The notes beneath the pieces were generated by a model. That model was not told the origin of the DNA. It saw nothing but the letters and a program-made list of their open reading frames with translations, and searched no databases. A stretch of 64,000 bases of DNA from Minutocellus sp. GHC0000111. Its lineage: Eukaryota. Position numbers and translations under genes: made by a program. This document shows positions 1 to 11,296 of the stretch, in pieces. The stretch spans positions 6,076,001 through 6,140,000 of the forward strand of contig OZ361256.1 in NCBI GenBank assembly GCA_977018835.1. The letters are read 5' to 3'. Every line of letters starts with the position of its first letter. Within the stretch, counting starts at the first letter, position 1.

Positions 1-278
1 GCAGCGGCGGCGGGAGGCTTGGCCTCGGCGCAGGTTTCGGGAACGACGCCGCAGTAAATCATGGATCCGTTCTGCAATCCCAATTCTCCCAGGGTCTTGT
101 CCTCGTCCCCATTGGTCACCAGGGGAGATTTGCAGGCGGGATCGCTGCACAGAGGCGAGGTGTACTCGACCGAGGGACGGACGAGGGCGATGGAGTGGAG
201 AAGATCGGCGACGGTCGAGGTGGCCGTGAGGTCGGGGACGCGCCACAGTCCCGCGTTGGTTCGGACTCGGATGAGCAT
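1..278 (-). CDS. NPL4: NPL4-like protein, N-terminal ubiquitin-like domain (runs off window edge)
   Basis: Manual translation from ATG at 278: MLIRVRTNAGLWRVPDLTATSTVADLLHSI...KTLGELGLQNGSMIY. Resembles the NPL4 N-terminal UBL domain (M-x-I-R-V-R start, LGL-x-HG/NG-x-M end). Frame is open to the window edge. Confidence 0.65.
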   Translation of the reverse strand, partial: MLIRVRTNAGLWRVPDLTATSTVADLLHSIALVRPSVEYTSPLCSDPACKSPLVTNGDEDKTLGELGLQNGSMIYCGVVPETCAEAKPPAAA

Positions 279-538
279 GGCTTTTGGCGTGTTGTGCTAA
301 AAAGATAAAAACGGCGGTAGAGCCAATTGCCTGGTGCTGGTCTACGCGCAAAGGAGTTCAGAGAGGGGTTTGAGTCAGGATACGCTCTCGGGCCCACAAG
401 ATGTGCTTGGAATGCCGTCGAAGATTGGATAAAATAAAGGTACAAAACACCCAAGCCTGTATTTCAGTATGCGACGGACGGACGAAATCCAGAACGGTTT
501 TGCACCGGCGTCGAAATCGATCGGCCGGCGAAAATCCA

Positions 539-553
539 AGAGAGAGAGAGAGA
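539..553. repeat. (AG)7 microsatellite upstream of HSP90
   Basis: agagagagagagaga read directly, in the 363-bp spacer between the divergent NPL4-like and HSP90 starts. Confidence 0.7.
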
Positions 554-641
554 ACACAAGCCAAACTGACGCACCAACTTGCGCAAGTCAAGTAAGTGCA
601 CATCTCAAGCATCCAAAGAGAGATCCACCTTCGACTCAACG

Positions 642-3158
642 ATGAAGATCCCCCGCGCCGCCCTCTGCGCCCTCTTCTCGGCCGCCACGGCCGCGGCCTT
701 TGCCCCGCTGGCCCCTCCCTCTGCTGGCAGCGCTCGGGTCGTCGCCCCCTCCTCCTCTACTTTCGTCACCGCCAGCTCTCCTCGATCGACCTCCTCGGCC
801 GTCCTGCGCATGGCCGATGCCACCGCCGAGGCCGAGGCATCCGCCGAGCCCAAGAAGGAAAAGTTCGAGTTCCAGGCCGAGGTGGGCAGAGTGATGGACC
901 TCATCATCAACAGTCTCTACTCCGACAAGGACATCTTCCTGAGAGGTGAGTTTGGTAGCAACAGTGGAGTGACGTGATTGCAATGGGTCAATTGCGGCAA
1001 TTGCAGCGGAGCAATTCGATTTATTTGAAAATGTTCCACGTGGCCATGTTTCGCATGTCAGAAGTACGCAGTACATAGCACATGTCACTCCTTCTAAACC
1101 AACACATGACATATCTCACATGAAATATCTCTCCACAACCCATTTTCAATAGAACTGGTATCGAACGCCGCCGATGCCTGCGACAAGAAGCGGTTCCTGT
1201 CCATCACCGACGACGGTGCCGCCACGGTCCAGCCCGAGATCAAGATCAGGGCCGACCCCGGCGCCGGCACGGTCACCATCGAAGACTCCGGCGTCGGCAT
1301 GACCCGCGACGAGCTCATCAACAACCTCGGCCGGATCGCCCAGAGTGGCACGCGCAACTTCGTCCAGGCCCTCGGCGAGGGTACCGCCGACGTCAACCTC
1401 ATCGGTCAGTTCGGTGTCGGTTTTTATTCCGCCTATCTGGTCGCTGACAAGGTCGAGGTCATCACCAAGTCGATGCAGCCCAATTCGCCCCAGCTCAAGT
1501 GGGAGTCCGCCGCCGGGCAGGAGTTCACCATCGCCGACGACGATGCCTCCGACGATCCCATCGCCACGTCGGGCACGCGCATCGTCCTTCACCTCAAGGA
1601 CGACAGCCTGCAATGCATGGAAACCGGCAAGATCGAGGAGCTGCTCAAGCGTTATTCGGAATTCATCGAATTTCCCATCAACGTGTGGAAGGAGACCACG
1701 GAATACAAAAAGGTCCCCGACGAGGAGGCCAACAAGGACCTGGCCGAGGGGGAGGAGCCCAAGATGAAGACCGTCCCCGAGACCAAGGTGGGATACGAAC
1801 AGATGGAGAACGCCAAGCCCATTTGGCTCCGTCCGCCCAGCGAGGTTACGGAAGACGAGTACGACGAATTCTACAAGGGCGCCTTCCGGGCCAGCTACGA
1901 CGAACCCATGAAGCACACGCACTTTGTTTTGGAGGGGCAGATCGAGGCCAAGGCCATCCTGTACATTCCGGGCATGCTGCCGTTCGAGTTGTCCAAGGAT
2001 ATGTTTGATGAGAATGCCCGCAATATTCGTCTGTACGTGAAGCGAGTCTTCATGAACGACAAGTTCGACGAGCTCATGCCCCGGTGGCTCAAGTTTGTCC
2101 GTGGCGTGGTGGATTCCGACGATCTGCCCCTCAACGTTTCGCGGGAGATATTGCAAAAGTCCAAGGTCCTGAGCATCATCAACAAGCGGTTGGTCCGCAA
2201 GTCGCTCGATATGATCCGTGATATTGCCGAGGATGAGGACGAGTCCAAGTACATTCTCTTTTGGAACAACTTTGGCAAGTACTTGAAGGTCGGCATCATC
2301 GAGGACGATCGCAACAAGAAGGACATTTCCCCCCTCCTCCGGTTCTTCTCGTCCAAGTCCGGCGACGAGTACACCAGCCTCGACCAGTACGTGGAGAACA
2401 TGAAGGAGGGCCAGAAGAAGATCTTTTACGTCAGCGGCGACGGCAAGGAGGGTGCCGCCATGTCTCCCGTCGTGGAGAAGCTGACCAACCGCGACTACGA
2501 GGTGCTGTACATGGCGGAGCCCCTTGACGAGATAATGATTGAGAGTTTGCGCAACTACCGCTATAAGGATGAGGAGTACGACCTCGTTGATGCTACCAAG
2601 GAGGGATTGAACTTGGAGGACGACGACGAGGAGACCAAGAAGAAGAAGGCCGAGTTGGATGAGCAGTACGCTGGTCTGAAGGAGTATTTGGAGACCACAC
2701 TCGAGGGCAAGGTGCAAAAGGTTTCGCTTACCACGCTCCTTACCAACAGCCCCGCCGCTCTGGTTCAGGGTGCGTACGGTATGAGTCCGACGATGCAAAA
2801 GTACATGAAGGCGCAGAGCGTGGCGGCTGGTGGATATGACGGCGGTGTTCCTGGAAGCATGAACCAGGCCGTGTTGGAGATCAACCCCAACCATCCAATC
2901 GTTCAGGATTTGGATCGCATGGTCAAGGCCGACAAGGAGAGCGAGGAGACTCAGAACTTTGCCGTTCTGCTTTACGACGTTGCCGGTATGACCAGTGGAT
3001 ACGAGATTGGTGATACCAAGGACTTTGCTACCCGAGTTATGAGTTTGATGAGTGTCAAGGCACGAGATGACAACGCCGCCGTCAAGGATGCCGTCGTTGA
3101 GGAATCTGCCGATGATGAGCCCGCCAAGGAGGTGGAGGTCATTCAGGATTTTGACTAA
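642..3158 (+). CDS. HSP90: Plastid-targeted heat shock protein 90 (HSP90C/HtpG type); exons 642-945, 1153-3158
   Basis: Signal peptide [22 protein letters not shown] (ASAFAP motif) plus Ser-rich transit peptide. HSP90 motifs [17 protein letters not shown] (restored by the GT-AG intron 946-1152), [31 protein letters not shown]. No C-terminal MEEVD or ER-retention signal. Confidence 0.95.
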
Positions 3159-3197
3159 TTAGTAGAGGCTATAGATTCTGAAAGTGGCTATATGTTT

Positions 3198-4483
3198 TTA
3201 GGTGTATTTTGCGATTACATCGCGGACCTCTCGAATATCCCTCAGGAGTTCTTTGACATCGTCACTTTGTCTCTTCTTTGCGCGGCGTTCAAAAATGTCC
3301 AAGTAATCTTCGGCAGTCATTCCGTCATTATCACGAATCATCGGGTCGGAACCCGCCTCGAGAAGACAGCCAAGTTTTTGCATCATGAGACTGTGAGGGA
3401 AACGAGGGCCTTCAAATGTGCTAAACCGAGGATCGAGACGCATTACCAGAATATGGACTGCGGTACAGCCCTCTTCATCCCTCGCATCTCGATTGACGAG
3501 AGGGTTTTCAAGAAAGCGACCCAACATTTCACACGGAGCAGTACGTAAATTAGTCAACATTTGCAAATGGCTCCATCCATCCACTTGAAAGTTGACATCA
3601 ATATCTTTCACCGTGAGAAGATACTTGAAAACTGAAAAGTCTTGGCCAGCGTAAGAATGAGCAATTAGAGGCACCTGCAAAGTGTCACCGGAAAAGGGGT
3701 CGTCGCGACCACTTTGCGGGAAAACGGCATTGGGCTCGGCGAGCTTTTCCTCAATGAGGTGTTTCACAATTCTTACTAGTCCATAGTCACATGCTACCAC
3801 TGGGTGGGAGAAAAGAAGGTTAGCATAGCGGATATATGTGATTGTCACTCCATTCTTCTTCATTCCGTTACCTCTAGAGGTACTGGCATCGGCAGTACGT
3901 AGCAGCAGCTCTCTGGCCTCTTCCAAACTCATACCATCGATGTTCGTATCTCCAATACAAATGATGACAGCATCCCCAATAAAAGTGTTATACTTCTTTC
4001 TTTTGAGCGTAAGGCTCTTGTCATCGTCCGTCGCGACAAATGCAGTCTGGAGATTCATCTCGTGCTTTGGCCCAAGGCAAAGCAGCGGCCAGTAGTCCTC
4101 GTTGACGTCCATCCATCCGTAGACCAGCTCGCGGAAGCGCGAAAAATGCGATGGATCTCGGAACGTAAAACCCTTCCAAACATACCCTTCCAAACATTGG
4201 TGAGATTTCTATGCAAATACGTCTGCTTGACAATCATGGAAACATCTTTGCCAACGACCGAGCAAAAGTTGACCAAGTCTGCACCCACTGCCAAGTTTGT
4301 GCCGACTTTTGCGAGAAGTTCTGGAGTGAGGGCCGACCAGCATACCTTCGCCCTCGGTGACGTCCGGGTCTTGGCGCGCTTCGCAGGCGGCGGTTTCATC
4401 CTCATTGGCGGGGGGCTTGGAAGCTTAACGCCGTTGACATCGGCCGGCCGCTTGGTACCAGCGCCGGCGGTATCTTCCTCCAT
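3198..4483 (-). pseudogene. F-box-like + PDZ-like + ankyrin-repeat protein, frameshifted by a 14-bp tandem duplication
   Basis: F-box-like WSALTPELLAKVGTNL; PDZ-like IICIGDTNIDGMSLEEARELL; ankyrin-like RDEEGCTAVHIL and IRDNDGMTAEDY. A perfect repeat acccttccaaacat at 4170-4183 and 4184-4197 splits the gene; removing one copy joins ORFs 4055-4549 and 3198-4193 in frame. Confidence 0.7.
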
Positions 4484-4608
4484 CTTGGCGCCGATGAAAT
4501 GAAACTGCATGTAAAAGAAAGACGGGACCAGGATGGCGTGACACGTCATGATGACAGCATATATTCGAGCGAAATTCGTTTCGAAAGCAGTTTAGTCATT
4601 TTCCCAAG

Positions 4609-5598
4609 ATGGACGAGGCAGCGGATACCGCCGCCGGTGCCAAGCGGCGGGCCGATCCGAACGACGACATGAAGGCAGAGCCACCAAAGAAAGCCAGGAC
4701 TCGGACGTCGCCCCGTGCGAAGCTGTCGTGGTCGGCGCTCACTCCGGAACTCCTCGCAAAAGTCGCAACAAATCTGGCAGTTGGTCCAGAACTGGTGAAC
4801 TTTTGTTCGGTCGTCGGCAAGGATGTTTCTCGGGTTGCAAAGCAGATGTATCTGTATCGAAACGATAAATATTTCCTCACAGTGTTGGGAAATTTAGAAG
4901 AAGAAGTCGTTCACTTTCGAGAGCAAATTTACACCTGGATGGACTGCAACGAGGGATATTGGCAAGTCAAGTGCCTCGGGAGTAAGGCCGATGCAAACCT
5001 GTACACGGTCACTGTCTCAAAGGAGGATGCGGAATCAATCAAACTGTACAAACACAGTTTTCACCTTACGGCACTATACCTCCTTGCGGAACAGAGGCCT
5101 ATCAATCGCTGTGTTGACACTAGCTGGATTCTTGCAATCAACGGAGTTGACGTTTCCAACATGTCGGCTCGAGAAGCGACCGGCTTGCTGCAAAGCGAGG
5201 CAGTTTGCAAGGATGGCAAGGTTCGGATCTTGTGCATCGATGATCTATCTCAAATTTTTTCCCATCCTTGTGTCGCCTGCAGCGTTGGTCTGGATCGTGT
5301 TGTGAAGTATCTAATTGAAAGCGGCATTGTTGACCCAAACACAGAGTACGTTGAATCCGGTGCCACCCACGCCACACCTGATGACAACACCGAGAGATTG
5401 GTAACTACACTGCAATATTCTGTTCTGCTGTTGCCCGCAACCTTGCCTTTGTTTGAATACCTCGTCACTGTCGATAGTGTCGATGTCAACATTACCGTTG
5501 AAGATCACAGCAGCCTCGTACATCCTCGTCGCCATCGTCAGCCTCGGCTTCACCTTCCTCCTGCTCGTTGTCCTCCCCCGGCGATGATTCCTGCCTAG
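4609..5598 (+). CDS. Inverted paralog of the F-box/PDZ/ankyrin gene, 3'-truncated and overlapping the MATE gene end
   Basis: Shares RTSPRAK, WSALTPELLAKV, LVNFCSVVGKDVS and FSHP-x-VAC-x-x-GL with the minus-strand copy; PDZ-like WILAINGVDVSNMSAREATGLL. Similarity stops at VDVNITVE (~5500); the remainder is antisense to the MATE tail. Confidence 0.7.
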   Translation: MDEAADTAAGAKRRADPNDDMKAEPPKKARTRTSPRAKLSWSALTPELLAKVATNLAVGPELVNFCSVVGKDVSRVAKQMYLYRNDKYFLTVLGNLEEEVVHFREQIYTWMDCNEGYWQVKCLGSKADANLYTVTVSKEDAESIKLYKHSFHLTALYLLAEQRPINRCVDTSWILAINGVDVSNMSAREATGLLQSEAVCKDGKVRILCIDDLSQIFSHPCVACSVGLDRVVKYLIESGIVDPNTEYVESGATHATPDDNTERLVTTLQYSVLLLPATLPLFEYLVTVDSVDVNITVEDHSSLVHPRRHRQPRLHLPPARCPPPAMIPA

Positions 5599-7423
5599 CC
5601 CTGGCTTCGTCAGCGCATTTGTTCCAGTCTGTCGCCAGCATAATGCCAATGACGAGGACGGCCTCGAGACCACCAGAAATCGCCTGGAACCAGGTAACAG
5701 CCAACAGATTGGCGTTGAAATGCAAAATCAGAATGGCCACACCACCGATCGACAAGGGCAGCTCCAAACCAAAGCTCAAAATGGTACTAATGAGAGGACG
5801 GCCCATACCGCCAAATACACCGCTGGTAATATTGCCGACGATGAGATTCAGATAAGTTCCCAGCAAAATAGCAGGGACCAGCACCGCTCCCAGGCTCAGG
5901 ACATCAGAATCATCGGTCGCAATATCCAACACATCATTCTTTAGGGGCATAAAGATGGCAGCCATGATGATATTGACAATGGTGATGAAATGCAATACGA
6001 TCCATGCCGACTTGCGAGCAGCATGAGAATCGCCTCGACCAAGATGATATCCAACACGGACGGAACTGACCGTCCACGTTGTAGCCGACAAAGTACCGCT
6101 CCAGGGCAAGGTCACCGTACTGAGCGCCGACGATGCGGCAATGGCCAGCTCACCGAGACGACCAATCAGCACCGTTGTTGCCTGACTGGCACATTGCTGG
6201 AACAGCAGCGTGCCCATGTTTGGCACGGACTGCTTCAAAAACTCGACCGTACGCGCTCGGTTGTGATGCCTCCACCCCAACCCCGGCCACGTCCGGACAT
6301 GATGACGCTTGTACACAAACATGTACAAAAAGTAGCACACGCTCTGGGCCGTGCGAGAGATGGACAGGGAAATGGCGGCACCCACGAAACCAAATCCGGT
6401 CCAACCGCACAGATAGCGGAAGGGTCCGCCGAACACAAACGCCCAGTTGAGCGCGGCGTTGACAAACAAAAATATTAGGTTGTTGTACATAGCCGGACGG
6501 GGCAGACCCTGGGCCTGGAAGTAAAATCGCATGCACTGATACAACCCGTTCGGGATGGGCCAGACCACATTGAACTTGGCATAGGTACCCGCCACCGACG
6601 CCACCTCCTGCGGAAAGTCCAATAATTTGAGGATGGGTTCGACGTAAAAGCATCCCACCAAACACGGGAGCATGGTCAAACTTAACCAGAACATGGACTG
6701 CTGGAGCCATATGCCGGCCATCTTGGGATTGTTGCTGCCGATGGCCTGACCGACCAGGGCATTAAGGACCTGGTTGAAGGCCAGGGGCGGGACCATGAGG
6801 ACATTCACCACCATATCGGATAGGACGGCCGCCGCGAGGTACGTTTCGGCCGAATTTGATTGTCGTGAATGTGTCCCACGAATGACGGACAGAAGAAATC
6901 AAATCCATGCGGCGATGAAGAGAAAACATGTGGTGCAAAAGATGAAGTTGTGAGAAAGGAATATTCGGAATGGGACAAGCGCGTGCACGTCAAAGAAATG
7001 ATTGGCCGAGGGAATGCTCCGAGGTGTCGTCAAGGCATGGGCGACAAAACGGAATTTACGTGAGAACAATACCAAAATATACAGACATGGATGAACATAC
7101 CTCGCCATGCCCATCCGGCAAAAGAACGAGATGGCCAGCGGGAGGGCCAGCGAGGCCATCTCGACTATCTCCGATTTGATCGTAAAGGGTTTGTCTTCTT
7201 CTTCGCCTGTGGCGCCCTCTGCTGGCCCTCCTTGTCCATCGTCGTCATTATTTGCTTGTGCGTCGTCATTTTCGTCCTTGTCCGCGGCGGAGGCAGGAAC
7301 GATGAGGGTGCCCGATTCAATTATCGCTTCTTCCTCGTCCTCGGCGTCGAACTTCTTCTCCTCCTCTTCCTCCGAGAGGAGAGGACGGGAGAGCTGCTCC
7401 GACGAGGCGGTGGGGTAGTCCAT
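5492..7423 (-). CDS. MATE family efflux transporter (eukaryotic type), apparently disrupted at the start of exon 2
   Basis: Acidic N-terminus, then LALPLAISFFCRMGMA; GT donor at 7100; multi-TM ORF 5492-6814 with GQAIG, RFYFQAQG, SVRVGYHLGRG motifs. FVGHIHDN and AETYLAAAVLSDMV lie in different frames near 6855, and no AG acceptor precedes them. Confidence 0.75.
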
Positions 7424-7629
7424 TGTTCTTGCCTCTCGGTCGGTTTGTCTGGCTCTTTTGTTTTTCCTTCAAAAAGTGAGCACAGCAAATGAAAGGGCCG
7501 GAAGAGGAAGCGACGGACAGACAAGAATTTGAATTTTCGTCGGCGACGTCAGCCGACAGCCGACCGACAATGATGTGTTCATTCCTTGACCGGCCGAGAA
7601 CCCGACCTAATACAGCGTACACCTCAGCA

Positions 7630-9834
7630 ATGACAAGGTCACGCCCAATAGCCACAGGCGCGGCAGCGCTGGGCCTTACTGGTGCCCTGGCAGCCTCTTC
7701 GGCACGTGTTGTATCTTCTTTCATTCCACCCAAGCCATATTCTCATTCTCGCAATAATGATGCGGGCGTCGTGCACTATACGAGCAGGAAACGGCGCATG
7801 ACTTTTCGATTGAATGCCGAGAAGGACGACACGACTACCGGCGATGGGACCATCGAAAGTCTATCCGAAACGACCGACATGATCATGCAAACCCTCATCG
7901 AACCGGCTCTGGCCAGTACGGGCGTCGAGGGAGAATCGTCCATCGATGGCATGTCCGACGTCGTAACTTTGCCCGATAGCGACAATATGCTGTCCATGGC
8001 GTCGGTCGAGCATGACATATGCCCCGAAGAGGACGAAACCTGCACCACCGATGTGATTCATGAAAGCATCGCGTCAGATGGAGCAGTTCTGCCCGCCACG
8101 CCGACCGTCCAGGCGCCCAGCACATCTCGCATTATTAAATTTGCCATCCCGGCAATGGGAGTTTGGCTCTGCTCACCGATATTGTCCATGATTGACACCT
8201 CCGCCGTTGGATTGCTGGCCGGTACGGCCCAGCAGGCGGCTCTTAACCCTGCTGTAAGTGTCACGGACTACGGTGGTTTGCTTGTGGCCTTCATGTACAC
8301 GGCTAGCACCAATCTAATCGCCGGTGCACGCGAGGCAGACATGGTGGAGGATGGCGGGTTGGCCGACGTCGATTCCAACGTCAATGCCAAGCCTCGCACG
8401 GCCCGAACACTCATCGCGGCACTTCAGCTGGCACTGTATGTTGGAATTGGTTTCGGATTGGTACTGGGGACCTTCAGTCAGCATCTATTGAGAGCTCTAA
8501 TTGGCAACACGGCAAGTATGGACCCAACGGTCTTCGCTGCGGCCAATCGGTACGTCATGATTCGTAGCCTTGGCATGCCCGCCGCCGTGGTGATTGGAAG
8601 TGCGCAGAGTGCATGCCTGGGGATGCAAGACATCAAGAGCCCATTGTACGTGTTGTTGGCTGCGGCGTTGGTCAATGCCTTGGGCGATGCCTTGTTTGTG
8701 GGCAGCAAAAATATTTGGATCGGCGGTTGTAGCGGTGCGGCATGGGCGACCGTGCTCAGTCAGTACGCAGCCCTGGGTCTTTTTTTCGCCTGGCTAAAGA
8801 GCAAACCAAAGCTAAAGGGAACCAACGTGGATTCCAATTCAACGCAAAATGAAGAACCCATCGAGGACGTCAAGAAGGTGGACATTAGTAACGCCATTAT
8901 GGAATTGACAACAAAATCCGAAGAAGGCAAGTCCCGCCGAAAAAGATTCCGACGGTCCGTCCGGGCCATCAACAAAGGCCGTATCAGCCTGTCAAGTTGG
9001 ACCGATCGGCTCAACAAGAAGAAGGATGAGAAGGATGAGACCAACTCCAAGCCTTGGACTGCTTCGGCACCCCCCTCCAGAGGAGTACTTGCCAATCAAT
9101 TCCGTCTTTTGGATTTGTTCAAGCTACCACCTCTGGCCATCGCCAAGGAATTTTGGCCATTCGTCATCCCCGTCACTACCACAGCCATCGGTAGAATCAG
9201 TGGATATCTGGCCATGAGCCATGTTGCATCGAGTGCGCTGGGAGTTACTGACATGGCCGCCCAGGCCGTCATCTTCAGCTTCTTCTGCTGCCTAACACCC
9301 ATCTGCGACAGTCTCAACCTTACCGCTCAGAGCTTCGTGCCGGCGATATTCGAGAAGAAGCCCAGCAAGGCCAGGGCAAATGCCTTGCGACAAACTCTCC
9401 GCAACTTCTCCAAAGTAGGAGGGATATTTGGTGCTGTATTAGTTGCCATGGTAGCCACCATACCGGTGCTCAGCAGGTACTTTACGGCAGACATGGCCGT
9501 CCGAACGGCAGTCAACCAAGCCATACCAGGACTGTCGCTCTTCTTTGCCTTATCGGGACTGGTTTGCGTCGGTGAAGGTATGCTGCTGGGTCAGAAAGAT
9601 TTGAAATTTCTCGGAAATGCCTACGGTGCCTACTTCTTTGCCGTCCCTTACTTTTTGTTGAGGCTGAAGAAACGCGCACTATTGGGGTTGCAAGACGTCG
9701 GAGTTGGGACGATGTGGCGTACATTTTCATTTTATCAGGTCATCCGGTGCTGTATCTGGTTCGCTCGAATGATTCAGTTACAAAGACGAACAGATTACGA
9801 AGCAGAATTGTCTGGGGTCGCTAAAAATCAGTGA
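7630..9834 (+). CDS. MATE family transporter, DinF/EDS5-like, probably plastid-targeted
   Basis: Signal-like MTRSRPIATGAAALGLTGALAASSARVVSS-F. MATE motifs IKFAIPAMGVWLCSPILSMIDTSAVG, AQSACLGMQDIKSPL, GAAWATVLSQY, LTAQSFVP. Uninterrupted ORF. Confidence 0.88.
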   Translation: MTRSRPIATGAAALGLTGALAASSARVVSSFIPPKPYSHSRNNDAGVVHYTSRKRRMTFRLNAEKDDTTTGDGTIESLSETTDMIMQTLIEPALASTGVEGESSIDGMSDVVTLPDSDNMLSMASVEHDICPEEDETCTTDVIHESIASDGAVLPATPTVQAPSTSRIIKFAIPAMGVWLCSPILSMIDTSAVGLLAGTAQQAALNPAVSVTDYGGLLVAFMYTASTNLIAGAREADMVEDGGLADVDSNVNAKPRTARTLIAALQLALYVGIGFGLVLGTFSQHLLRALIGNTASMDPTVFAAANRYVMIRSLGMPAAVVIGSAQSACLGMQDIKSPLYVLLAAALVNALGDALFVGSKNIWIGGCSGAAWATVLSQYAALGLFFAWLKSKPKLKGTNVDSNSTQNEEPIEDVKKVDISNAIMELTTKSEEGKSRRKRFRRSVRAINKGRISLSSWTDRLNKKKDEKDETNSKPWTASAPPSRGVLANQFRLLDLFKLPPLAIAKEFWPFVIPVTTTAIGRISGYLAMSHVASSALGVTDMAAQAVIFSFFCCLTPICDSLNLTAQSFVPAIFEKKPSKARANALRQTLRNFSKVGGIFGAVLVAMVATIPVLSRYFTADMAVRTAVNQAIPGLSLFFALSGLVCVGEGMLLGQKDLKFLGNAYGAYFFAVPYFLLRLKKRALLGLQDVGVGTMWRTFSFYQVIRCCIWFARMIQLQRRTDYEAELSGVAKNQ

Positions 9835-9997
9835 TGCTATTTAGATGCGACCGCAAAGAAAACTGCTACATTTGCGAGGGTTGCCCACAGTAGCTAGCTC
9901 AGTGTTTATGTTGATAATCACTATCTAAAAATTTATGCTAAATGATTAAGCTAAAAAAAATTGGACCGATAAATATGAGCACGACAACTACGTCAAC

Positions 9998-11296
9998 TTA
10001 GCTGCTCGTGGCGGCAGGATCAGACTCGAACTCTCCAAGACCGAGAAGGAAAATGTTGTGCGACTTCAGTTGTTCCACTTCCTTGGGGTTGTACCATCCG
10101 TGCTGGACCTCACCGATGTGGGCACACCTCAAGAAGAACTGGCAAGAGCGACTTTGGCCGATACCACCGCCGATGGTCTGGGGGAGAGTTCCGTCAAGAA
10201 GCATCTTGTGCCAAACGAAATCCTTGCGCTCGGGAACATGGCACAAGTCCAGCTGCTTGAGCAATACCTCGGGGTTGACGCGGATGCCCATCGACGAAAG
10301 CTCGAACGACTGCTGAAGGATCGGGTTCCACACCAAGAGATCTCCATTGAGGCCAAATCCACCATCGGGGCGCTCTGTGATCCAATCATCGTAATCAGGA
10401 GCGCGACCGTCATGACGAAGCTGTCCATCCTCCTTCATACCACCGATACCGATGAAGAAAACAGCCTTGTGCTTCTTGCACAAGATGTTCTCACGCTCCT
10501 TGGGGGTGGCGTGAGGATACTCCTTGATCATGTCATCCGAAGTAGCGAAGTGGACCTCCTCAGGAAGGACGGGCTCGATGCCAAACTTCTCCTTCATCGC
10601 CTGCTCGGTGTCATAAAAGGCCTTGTAGATGCCCTTGACGGTCTCCTTCAAGTACTCGACATTGCGATCCTTGGAATCAATGTGCTTCTCCCAATCGAAC
10701 TGATCGACGTACAAGGAGTGGGTGAAGTCAACGTCATCATCGCAACGAAGACCGCGGAAATCAGTAACAAGTCCCTTCCCGGCCTCGATGCCGTAGTAGT
10801 GAAGAGCCCAACGCTTCCACTTGGCAAGAGAGAAGGGAACCTCAAGATGGGTACCGGGGAAATCACGAGGCTCAAATGTGGCCGGACGCTCGGTGCCCTG
10901 TGCGAGTGAAATGGTTTGCACAGATGCATGTATAGGTTAGATATTACATCATTTGGAACTAGAGCATTCGAGTGGAAAACACGAACGGCATGGCATTGGC
11001 ATGCTATCTTTCACAACTTGGGATTTGGCATGCGACAATATTTCTATATCAGAACACGAAAAACTCACGTTCAAGTTATCGTTGAAGCCAGAGGCCCTGG
11101 TAACGAAGAGGGGAGCGCTAACACGGACCAGGTTGATGTTGGCCTTGAGGTTGTTCTCCAAGGTGGTCTTGCAGAAGCCGAGAGCCTCCTCGAGCTTGAG
11201 TTTGTCGGTAAAGACGGGACTGTATCCGCCATCCTCGAGGATGTGTTTGGGGGGAAGTCCGCCAAGGGGATCGGTGCGGTCGAAGGTGGTGGCCAT
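9998..11296 (-). CDS. asnA: Aspartate-ammonia ligase (asparagine synthetase A), copy 1; exons 11296-11069, 10897-9998
   Basis: AsnA motifs RVSAPLFV, GFNDNLNG-x-ERP, SLAKWKR, HSLYVDQFDWEK, HDGRAPDYDDW, ELSSMGIRV, TIGGGIGQSR, HIGEVQ. Phase-0 GT-AG intron 10898-11068. Confidence 0.93.

Noticed and set aside
279..641. Heat-shock element in the NPL4/HSP90 divergent promoter
   Set aside because: No clean array of three alternating nGAAn units could be read.
1146..2894. 582-aa minus-strand ORF (and similar ORFs at 10058-10909, 12647-13471, 45594-46622, 60373-61032)
   Set aside because: Antisense shadows of GC3-biased real genes on the opposite strand; no independent motifs.
4173..4185. GTATGT...AG micro-intron rescuing the frameshifted F-box/PDZ gene
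   Set aside because: Only 13 nt: too short to splice, and the wrong length to restore the frame (14 needed).
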